This document shows positions 53,463 to 61,517 of a DNA stretch of 64,000 bases, piece after piece. The notes under the pieces are model-generated. The model was not told the DNA's origin. It made no database searches and worked only from the letters and a program-made list of their open reading frames with translations. A program made the translations under genes and the position numbers. This DNA is from an uncultured Actinomycetota bacterium (GTDB lineage Bacteria; Actinomycetota; Thermoleophilia; RBG-16-64-13). The stretch spans positions 144,048 through 208,047 of the forward strand of contig CAWCLH010000019.1 of the NCBI GenBank assembly GCA_963796315.1, read 5' to 3'. The first letter of the stretch is position 1; the number at the start of each line of letters is the position of its first letter.

Positions 53463-54227
53463 ATGGTCGACGTGACCCATTCCTTCGCGGAGCCGACCGC
53501 TGCCACGGCCGTGACGGTCGAGAAGCCGACGACCCACTACGTCCGCTTCTCCCCGTACCTCCGCCTCAGTCACTTCATCATGATGACCACCTTCATCGGG
53601 TGTGCGCTCACCGGCCCTCCGCTCAAGTACAGCTACGACGTGTGGGCCCAGACGCTGATGGGCTTCTGGGGCGGCGTGCAGAACGCGGGACTCATCCACC
53701 GCATCATGGCCGGGTTCATGATGGGCGACTTCTTCGTCCATGCCCTCTACCTGGGTTACTGGATCGTCATCAGGAAGGCCAAGGTATTCGGCCCGGACTC
53801 GATCATGTTCCGCAAGAAGGACCTGAAGGATTTCCTCGGGATGGTGCTGTGGTTCTTCGACCGAGGCCATCGGCCTCGGTTCGAACGGTTCACCTTCTGG
53901 GAGAAGTTCGACTGGTTCGCCGTCTTCTGGGGCATCGCGATGATCGGCACTTCGGGGTTCATGCTCTGGTTTCCGACGATCACCACCACCGTGCTCTCGG
54001 GCATCTTCCTCAACGTCGCCCGAGTCATTCACGGGGACGAGGCGATCCTGGCCATCGGCTGGATCCTGTTCGTCCATCTCTACAACTCCCATCTCCGGAT
54101 GAACGTCTTCCCGATGGACCCGGTCATCTTCACCGGGAAGATGCCGATCGAGCACCTCAAGCACGACAAGCGCGCCTGGTACGACCGGCTGGTGGCCGAA
54201 GGCAAGATCAGGCCGGAGGAGCAATGA
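53463..54227 (+). CDS. dihaem cytochrome b membrane subunit F (paralog of D)
   Basis: RFSPYLRLSHFIMMTTFIGCALTG, FTFWEKFDWFAVFWG and IHGDEAILAIGWILFVHLY. Confidence 0.8.
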   Translation: MVDVTHSFAEPTAATAVTVEKPTTHYVRFSPYLRLSHFIMMTTFIGCALTGPPLKYSYDVWAQTLMGFWGGVQNAGLIHRIMAGFMMGDFFVHALYLGYWIVIRKAKVFGPDSIMFRKKDLKDFLGMVLWFFDRGHRPRFERFTFWEKFDWFAVFWGIAMIGTSGFMLWFPTITTTVLSGIFLNVARVIHGDEAILAIGWILFVHLYNSHLRMNVFPMDPVIFTGKMPIEHLKHDKRAWYDRLVAEGKIRPEEQ

Positions 54228-55136
54228 TCCCGCGCCTCATCAGGCTCGGGCGCGCGAGGCTTCACGACCGGCCGGTGCGGCGAGGCTCGACGCTGGGCCC
54301 CGCTCGCGGTCCTCGTGGGTCTGGTGTTCGTCGCCCTCGTGCTGGCGGGCTGCAGCTCTGCCAACTCGCAGACGGGCACGACTGTCGACTTGACGAAGAA
54401 CGTCACCGCGGCCGAGCAGCAGACGCCCGGCGCCCCGTCCCCGAAGAATCCGTCGGAGTTCATCTCACTGTGTGCCAACTGCCACGACCGCCTGGACACG
54501 CCGCTCGCCTGGCGCCAAGAGCGCAAGCTGGTGTTCAACCACGCGGCTCATTTCGCGAAAGGTATCCGCTGCGTGGCCTGTCACCAGGAATTCCCCCATA
54601 AGCCGGGGAAGACCCTCCACGTCTCCGTCGAAACGTGCTTCATGTGCCACGGCGCCATGCACGGCGCGGAGGGCATTCTGGCGCCGACGAGTTGCGACAC
54701 CTGCCACACCCGCGACATCGCCACCATCACGCCCGATCACCAGCGGGCGGATTGGCTGTTGGTCGGCGGCTCCAAGCTGGCTTTGCACAGCGTCGAGGGC
54801 AAGCAGCGCCCGCTCTACTGCCGCATGTGTCACGAGCAGAGTTTCTGCAGCGACTGCCACAAGATCGAGATGCCGCATCCGGCCGGTTGGGTCACGTCCG
54901 GCCATCAACCGGTGGCCACTTCCGACCGGACCTCTTGCGTCCGGTGCCATCCCGAGAAGAACTTCTGCAACGACTGCCATCACAAGGCTCTGCCGAAGCT
55001 CGCCGATTGGAGCCAGCAGCACAAGGTGGTCGCGGTCAGCAAGGGTCCCGAGAGCTGCTACACGTGCCACAAGCCGCTGTTCTGCTCCGCCTGCCACGTG
55101 AAGGTGGGCCAGCACCGCGGAACGCTCGGGAAGTAG
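54224..55136 (+). CDS. multihaem lipoprotein cytochrome c G: 10 CxxCH; +1 frame change in the signal-peptide n-region (about 54270-54295) as assembled
   Basis: ATG 54224 overlaps the stop of F (ATGA) and reads MIPRLIRLGRARL.... The main frame continues RRWAPLAVLVGLVFVALVLAGC (lipobox LAGC). A c3/c7-like FNHAAH..CVACH module is followed by three CxxCH-x4-5-CxxCH units. The intact part alone is 54315-55136. Confidence 0.8.
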
Positions 55137-55169
55137 TCGCGCAGATCGTGGAGGGAAGGGGAGCGCACA

Positions 55170-56006
55170 GTGGATAGACGAGGACGCGCTACAGGCCTCG
55201 GTCTCACAGTCAGCCTGGTGCTGCTGCTCCTTCTGCTTGTCCTGGTGAGTGGGTGCGGAAGCGGACCCTCCGACGCCACGGCCGCGGCCACCACGACGAC
55301 CACGGGGTTGGTGGTACCCCTCAAGAACTCGACCTGCCTCTCGTGCCACAAGGACTTCGAGCAGGTGGTCGCACGAGAGGACCAGAAGAAGTTCTCGCAC
55401 TCGCTCCATCTGCAGCAGCGCCTGGACTGCGTCACCTGTCACGCGGATGTGGGTCATGCCGGGGGGGTGCTGCCGCCACAGTCGCTCTGCGACGACTGCC
55501 ACGGCCTGCCCATGCCGCATCCGGCTGATTTTCAGACGACACACGGCAAGATCGTGGTCAAGAACGGCGACGCGCTCTGCGCTCGTTGCCACAACGTCTA
55601 TCTTCACTGTCAGGAGTGTCACGGGCTGCAGATGCCTCACCCGGCCAACTGGAAGCAGAAGCACGGCACCATCGCTCAGCCGGAGATGGAGACCTGCGTC
55701 ACCTGCCACCCGAAGACCTTCTGTCTCTCGTGCCACCCGGTGGAGATGCCCCACCCGACCAACTGGACGGCGAAACACGGCCTGACCGTGAACGCCAAAG
55801 GGTCGGCCACCTGCACCATGTGTCACGAGCCGAAGGATTGCACCGCGTGCCACGGTCTTCCCATGCCACACCCTCAGGACTGGGGGACCGGACACCAGAG
55901 CGCAGCCGCCAAGGACCGTGAGGGATGCATGCTGTGCCACGACCGGAAGGACTGCGAGCAGTGCCACGCACTCCATAAGACCCACGTCCAGGGAGGAGGT
56001 GCCTGA
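55170..56006 (+). CDS. multihaem lipoprotein cytochrome c H: 11 CxxCH, four MPHP repeats
   Basis: Lipobox LVSGC, Thr-rich linker AAATTTTTG, and a FSHSLH..CVTCH module. It also has four dihaem units and four CH-x3-MPHP-x2-(W/F) tails. Confidence 0.88.
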   Translation: MDRRGRATGLGLTVSLVLLLLLLVLVSGCGSGPSDATAAATTTTTGLVVPLKNSTCLSCHKDFEQVVAREDQKKFSHSLHLQQRLDCVTCHADVGHAGGVLPPQSLCDDCHGLPMPHPADFQTTHGKIVVKNGDALCARCHNVYLHCQECHGLQMPHPANWKQKHGTIAQPEMETCVTCHPKTFCLSCHPVEMPHPTNWTAKHGLTVNAKGSATCTMCHEPKDCTACHGLPMPHPQDWGTGHQSAAAKDREGCMLCHDRKDCEQCHALHKTHVQGGGA

Positions 56007-56947
56007 TGACCTCCACGCCCAAGCGTCGGATCGCCGGGCTCATCGGCGCCGTCCTTCTCCTGGCGGTCCTGGTCCTCGTCCTGGGCATCGTCACGGGACG
56101 CGCCGACCTTCGGGCGGCCACCTCATCGACGAAGGGTCAGAAAGGGGACAGCCTGACCGCCCTCCCCACCGATACCGCCAACAGCAAGGCGGGCGCCCCG
56201 ACGGAATCCGGAGGGGAGCCGTTCCGCACCTGTATCGCCTGCCACCCGACGTACGAGCGCAAGCCCGACCCGACCGGCGACCTGATCTTCTCGCACCAGC
56301 GGCACACCCTGCAGGGCATAGCCTGCGCCACCTGCCACAAGCCACCGCTGGGCCACTTCGGCCAGCCCGCGCCGCTCATGACCACCTGCCTCTCCTGCCA
56401 CCAGGGAGACACAGCGCCGAACGACTGCAAGAAGTGCCACCGCAACTTGGAGGCGATCGCTCCGGGCTTGGGCAAGCAGGTGGTGCACCTGAAGCCGGAC
56501 GCCAAGACCCGTCGCACGTGCGAGAAGTGCCACGACGTCAACGTCTGGTGCGAACAGTGCCATGGAGTGGCCATGCCCCACCCGGTGGCCTGGAAGCAGA
56601 TCCACGGCGGCTACGCGCTGAAGGACCCGCAGGTCTGCGAGAAATGCCATCAGAGCAAGGACAAGACCTTCTGCGTGCGGTGCCACGGCGTGGAGATGCC
56701 GCACCCGGCGTACTGGTACTCCAACCATGGCGACATCGCCCGCACCAACAGCCAGACCTGCACGACCTGCCATCCGAACCGTTCGTTCTGCCAGGATTGT
56801 CACCATGCCGGCTTCTCGCCCACCGCGGCCTGGGCTTCCTCTCAGCACGGGCAGGCGGTAGCCAAGAAGGGGACCCAAGCGTGCTTCGTCTGCCACGACC
56901 AGACGTTCTGCGAGCGCTGCCATCCGACCGGCAAGTACAAGAAGTAG
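56006..56947 (+). CDS. multihaem cytochrome c I: N-terminal TM anchor, 12 CxxCH
   Basis: The start overlaps the stop of H (TGATG). TM helix LIGAVLLLAVLVLVLGIV, a FSHQRH..CATCH module, and four dihaem units, two of them with an MPHP tail. Confidence 0.88.
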   Translation: MTSTPKRRIAGLIGAVLLLAVLVLVLGIVTGRADLRAATSSTKGQKGDSLTALPTDTANSKAGAPTESGGEPFRTCIACHPTYERKPDPTGDLIFSHQRHTLQGIACATCHKPPLGHFGQPAPLMTTCLSCHQGDTAPNDCKKCHRNLEAIAPGLGKQVVHLKPDAKTRRTCEKCHDVNVWCEQCHGVAMPHPVAWKQIHGGYALKDPQVCEKCHQSKDKTFCVRCHGVEMPHPAYWYSNHGDIARTNSQTCTTCHPNRSFCQDCHHAGFSPTAAWASSQHGQAVAKKGTQACFVCHDQTFCERCHPTGKYKK

Positions 56948-57069
56948 ACCGACGGGCGGCAGAATGGGTGATCCGGCGGCCCGCCTGACGGTTTGCGACC
57001 GCCGAGAGAATCGTGGACAATCGACGCCGTCATCGAGGAGGGATTGGAATGAGGGAAGGAGGTGAGTTC

Positions 57070-58025
57070 ATGCTGCACAAGCGAGTGACGTTCCTAGGGC
57101 TGTTGCTCACGGTGGGCCTGATCGTCGCCCTGGTCGTAGCCCTAGGTGGCTGCACCTCGGCGAACGAGACGAGCACCACGACGGAGCAGTCCTCGACCAC
57201 CGCGCCGGGCGAGACCGTGACGACGACGCCGGCAGTCACGGGCACGACGACGGCGCCGACAGGCACGACGACGGCCAGGCGGCGGGGGAGAGACCACCAG
57301 TACTCCCGGCACCGGAGAGTCCGTCGCGCCCGTGTCGGACAACTTCAAGATCTGCACGCAGTGCCACAGCGATTTCAACGCTTTCCTGGCCACCAGTAAG
57401 GTGCTGACGAAGAACTTCAGCCACGCGGTGCACCTGAACAAGGGGTACAAGTGCGAGGACTGCCACGTGGTCCCCACGCATCAACCCGATCGGATCGTGC
57501 CACCCACCCATGCTGAAATGCTTCCAGTGTCACAGCCAGGAAGCCGGAGCCAAGGCACCCGGTGCGTGCGGTACCTGCCATCCTCCCAGCTTCCCGCTGG
57601 TGCCCGCCAACCATAATCAGCAGACGTGGTTGCCGGTGAACGTGACGACTCCGACCAAGACGGTGGATTCCAATCACTCAGCCGAAGCGAAGAAGAACCG
57701 GGACTACTGCGCGATGTGTCATGCGGCGAAGTTCTGCAACGACTGCCACAAGACCCAGATGCCGCACCCGGCTGACTGGCAGCAGGTCCACCCGCAGCAG
57801 GTGAAGTCGTCGGGATCCGCGAGCTGCACTCGTTGCCACCCGGCCAAGTACATCTGCGAAGACTGCCACCACACCGGTTACAAGCCCGGTACGCCGTGGA
57901 CGCAGCAGCATCCGCCCATCGTGAAGACGAACGGCGCCGACGGATGCTTCAAGTGCCATAACCCGCTGACCTGCGCCCACTGCCATGTCACGGGTCAGTT
58001 CAAGGACATCGCGCCGAGCGGCTAG
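57070..58025 (+). CDS. multihaem lipoprotein cytochrome c J: 10 CxxCH; split over three frames as assembled (changes near 57277-57289 and 57500-57509)
   Basis: - GGAGG lies 8 nt upstream of ATG 57070.
- Lipobox ALGGC and a long Thr-rich linker.
- Second frame: GETTSTPGTGESVAPVSDNFKICTQCH...FSHAVH..CEDCH.
- Third frame: MLKCFQCH...CGTCH..., followed by three dihaem units. Confidence 0.75.
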
Positions 58026-58068
58026 CACGCTCGACGGTGCTCGATCTTCCGCGCTCCCACGGGAGCGA

Positions 58069-58104
58069 ACGAAGGGGCGGGGCCGCAAGGCCCCGCCCCT
58101 TCGT
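58069..58104. terminator. strong bidirectional hairpin (16-bp perfect stem, GCAA loop) between the cytochrome operon and the convergent GGDEF gene
   Basis: ACGAAGGGGCGGGGCC-gcaa-GGCCCCGCCCCTTCGT lies 44 nt after the stop of J and 63 nt after the stop of the minus-strand gene. Confidence 0.7.
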
Positions 58105-58166
58105 CGTTCTGTCGGGTGTGGGGGAAAGGTCGCGCCGGCGCTCGGACCTCGCCGAGTGCCGCGGTT

Positions 58167-59159
58167 CTACTCCCCGCTGGCGATCGCCTTGTGCTGCTTC
58201 GCGCGGTAGAGGCTGGCGTCCGCCTCTTGGAGAAGCTGCTCTGTCTCCCGCCCATCCTCGGGGCAGGCGGCACAGCCGGCGCTGAGGCGCAGCGTCAGCA
58301 ACGAGGAGTCCACCTTGAGCTTGGTGGTCAGGAGGGACTCGGCGATCCGGTCGCCGACGACTCTGACCACGTCCTTCGACGTCTCCGGCATGAGGATGAT
58401 GAACTCGTCACCCCCGAAGCGCGCGCAGATGTCGACGTCCCGCACGTTCAGCCCCATCATGGTGGCCGCGTGGCGCAGCGCGAGATCCCCCGCGCTGTGG
58501 CCGTAGGTGTCGTTGATGCCCTTCAAGTTGTCCAGGTCGATCATCAGGAGGGCGAACGTGTGGCGGTACCGCTTGTAGAGCTCGATGTGCCGTTCCAGCT
58601 CCTGGAGCATGTAGCGGCGGTTGGAGAGGCCGGTCAGCGCGTCCGTGTGGGCCAGACGGTCGAGCTCGCTGCTGGCGGACTTGTAGTACGTCTCCATGGA
58701 GGACTGGGTCACGGCCTGCAGGCCCTGCCGCAGACGCATCACCAGAAGCAGGAGCTCTCGATCCTCTTTCCGCAGGCTCTCGATCAGCAGGCTCCAGATG
58801 GCGTCTTCGAGCGCGAGCATGCTCTGGGACAGGGTGATCAGACCCTGAGAGCCGCTGGCCTGGATCTCCCCCAGGCTGGCGGCTTGGTGGTAGAAGGATC
58901 CGCCCGGGGAGAACTCGGCGAGCGTGTCGTCGTCGACCAGGGCGTTCGCCAGCCCGCCCACGAGATCGACCGACAGCCGGATGCTCTCCTGGGTGGGAAA
59001 ACGCTCGAGCGTCCCCAGATCCTCGATCTGCGCGATAATGCGAGCCAGCCAGCTCTTGGTGATGCGGAGACGGTGCTCTTCCAGGACCCGGCGTCCCTTC
59101 AGGAAGAGGGGCGAAGCGAGGGGGGAGGTCTCCTCATCGCGGATCGCGTTATCGCTCAC
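58167..59159 (-). CDS. diguanylate cyclase (GGDEF domain) with N-terminal helical sensor region
   Basis: 330 aa. DALTGLSNRRYM...FALLMIDLDNLKGINDTYGHSAGDLAL...ICARFGGDEFIILMPE. Confidence 0.88.
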   Translation of the reverse strand: MSDNAIRDEETSPLASPLFLKGRRVLEEHRLRITKSWLARIIAQIEDLGTLERFPTQESIRLSVDLVGGLANALVDDDTLAEFSPGGSFYHQAASLGEIQASGSQGLITLSQSMLALEDAIWSLLIESLRKEDRELLLLVMRLRQGLQAVTQSSMETYYKSASSELDRLAHTDALTGLSNRRYMLQELERHIELYKRYRHTFALLMIDLDNLKGINDTYGHSAGDLALRHAATMMGLNVRDVDICARFGGDEFIILMPETSKDVVRVVGDRIAESLLTTKLKVDSSLLTLRLSAGCAACPEDGRETEQLLQEADASLYRAKQHKAIASGE

Positions 59160-59233
59160 TCGTCTACCTTTGCGTCAAGATTAAAAATATGCACTCACAC
59201 TATAAGCGATTGGAGTGCGGCGACGCAAACACT

Positions 59234-59431
59234 ATGAGAATCCTTCATGTGAACAAACGGTACCCTCCACACGTCGGCGGGGTGGAGGTCCACGTGCGAG
59301 ATCTGGCTCGCGCCCAGTCGCGCTTCGACGGTATCACGGTGGAGGTCCTGACGGTATCGGAGGGCGCTCGTGGGCGGGGACCGGCGGACCACGCGGCCCT
59401 CGTCAAGACGTGGGCGGGGCCGTGCCGATAG
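59234..59431 (+). pseudogene. 5' remnant of a GT4 glycosyltransferase gene (about 65 codons, then stop)
   Basis: MRILHVNKRYPPHVGGVEVHVRDLARAQ is a typical GT4 N-terminus. The ORF stops at 59431, no continuation was found in other frames, and the next gene starts at 59503. Confidence 0.5.
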
Positions 59432-59502
59432 GCTTGGTGCACGAGAGCGGAGCATCTGGCCACCGGGCCGGCCGCTTCCACGGGCTGGGAGGCCTGTCAC
59501 TG

Positions 59503-60295
59503 ATGACCGCGTCCGGTTCCCTTGCGACCTTGAGCGTCGCCGAGCTTCTGCAGATCGCCGCCCTCTCCCGCAAGCGGGGGACGCTGCGCCTGCGCTTCTC
59601 CACCGGGCGGAGGATCGTCGTGTACGTCCACGACGGCAATCTGGGCGGACTCACCGACACGGCCCGCACCTGGCACCTGGGCGATCTGCTGGCTTCCACC
59701 GGCCGTCTGGCCGACGACGAGAGGAAGCGGCTTCTGATCGACGCCCGTCTCCGTGGCAAACGGCTGGGCCAGCTGCTGGTCGAGCGGGGGCATGTCTCCC
59801 GCGACGAGTTGGAGGGACTGCTCCGCAGGCTGATCCTGCATTCGCTTCTCTACGCCGTCGAGAACGAGTCCCAGGGGGAGTTCGAGCTTGAGGTCGGCCA
59901 CGTGCAGGCGACGTCGGTCACCTTCCCCATCGCCGACTTCCTGATCGAGATCAGCTCCTGCATCGACGAGTTCGCCCGACTGCGAGCCGAGCTCGGCGCC
60001 GGTTCGGGGGCCATCGCTCTGGAGCCGGGACTGGACCTGGCGGACACGCTCCACCGCTTGAGCTACCGCCAAGTCCAGGTGGTCGCCCAGGTAGACGGCC
60101 GCAAGACGCCCATGCAGAGTCGCGGCGGCCGTCGACCTCTCACCGGGCGAGACCCTCGAGCTGCTGGGCGGGCTCGCCGCCGAGGGACTGATCGTGTGGG
60201 CGAGCTGGGCCGGAAACAGGCCCGTCCGTCCGTTGGCCGATATCGCCCGCCTCCCCCGCCCCGCACCCGCGGCGGCGCGGGGAGCCCTGCCCTGA
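59503..60295 (+). CDS. DUF4388-domain protein; +1 frame change near 60110-60130 as assembled
   Basis: The N-terminus GSLATLSVAELLQIAALSRKRGTLRL is the DUF4388 hallmark. The C-terminal winged-helix-like part reads in the next frame (AAAVDLSPGETLELLGGLAAEGLIVW), with its stop at 60293-60295. Confidence 0.65.
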
Positions 60296-60367
60296 CCGAT
60301 CGCCCAGGGTCCGTCTGCTACACTGCAGGAGAGGCGGCAGCGTCGGGCACGTGGGGGTGCTCGGGCT

Positions 60368-61517
60368 GTGGGGCCGTCCTCTGGCGCGGTCAGCGGCGGC
60401 TCGGGCGAGGGACCTTTGCGGGTCGGATTTGACGCACGGACCATAGAATCAAGTGGGATCGGGACCTACTCCCGCAATCTCCTGCTTCACTTCGCCGAGA
60501 CGGACGTCGACCTGGTCGTCTTCTGCCAGGACTCCAACCGTCGCTTGGTGCCCGCGGGGAAGAACTTCTCCTTCGTCACCGCCAACCTGAGCCCGCGTTC
60601 TCGCAGCAGCAGCGGCGCGTTCGGCTCGGTCGTCCGCGATGCCCAGGTCGACCTGCTGCACGTCCCCAGCCACCTGGGCCCGACGGGCGCGCAGGTGCCG
60701 TTGGTGGCCACCATCCATGACGTCATCCCGCTGATCTACCCCCGAAGCATCCGCAACCCGCTGGAGCGGAGGCGATACCGGCGGCAGGTCGAGCAGACGG
60801 TGAACGAAGCGTTCAGGGTGATCACCCCGTCGCAGATCTCGAAGTCGACCCTCACCGCGTACGCGGGGGTGGCGCCGGGCAAGGTGCGCGTGATCCACAA
60901 CGGCGTCTCCCGGACCTTCCGGCCCGTCGAGGAGGACGCCGTGCTGGAGGAGGTGCGGCACCGCTACGGCCTGCCCGAGCGGTTCGCGCTGTGGATCGGT
61001 GAGTTCCGCCCCCAGAAGAACCTGGAATTCCTGCTGGCTGCCTGGGCGTGACGTCGGCCGCTCGTCTTCGCAGGCACCGGCCCTTGTCCTCGCCGGCACC
61101 CAGGATGGGGAGTTCCGCAAGATCCGGCGGGAAGTCACCCGCCGCGGTCTCGATGGTCGGGTGATGTTTCCGGGCTTCATCAAGGAAGTCGACCTGGCTG
61201 CGGTGTACTCGGCGGCATCGGTCTTCGTGTTCCCGTCGCTCTACGAGGGCTTCGGCCTGCCGCCACTCGAAGCCATGGCCTGCGGTACCCCCTGCGTCGT
61301 CTCCAACTCCTCGTCGCTCCCCGAGGTGACGGGCCGGGCGGCGATGCTCTTCAACCCCACGTCGGTGGAGCAGTTCGTGGAGTGCATGACCCGGGTGATG
61401 GAGGACGAGGACCTCTATGAGAAGCTGCGCCGCGAAGGTCTGCGGCAGTCGGCGCTCTTCAGCTGGAACAAGGCGGCCGCGCAGACGCTCGAGGTGTACC
61501 GAGCCGCACTGGCGTGA
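60368..61517 (+). CDS. GT4 family glycosyltransferase; +1 frame change near 61040-61050 as assembled
   Basis: N-domain: [23 protein letters not shown]...ATIHDVIPL. The C-domain is in the next frame: [10 protein letters not shown]...[35 protein letters not shown]. Confidence 0.8.

Noticed and set aside
48780-58025. The possibility that the cytochrome cluster is an Nrf/Hao/Otr-type enzyme system
   Set aside because: I found no CxxCK site and no obviously catalytic haem environment. There is also no NrfC/NrfD-type Fe-S or quinol subunit and no adjacent reductase. This cannot be fully excluded without profile searches.
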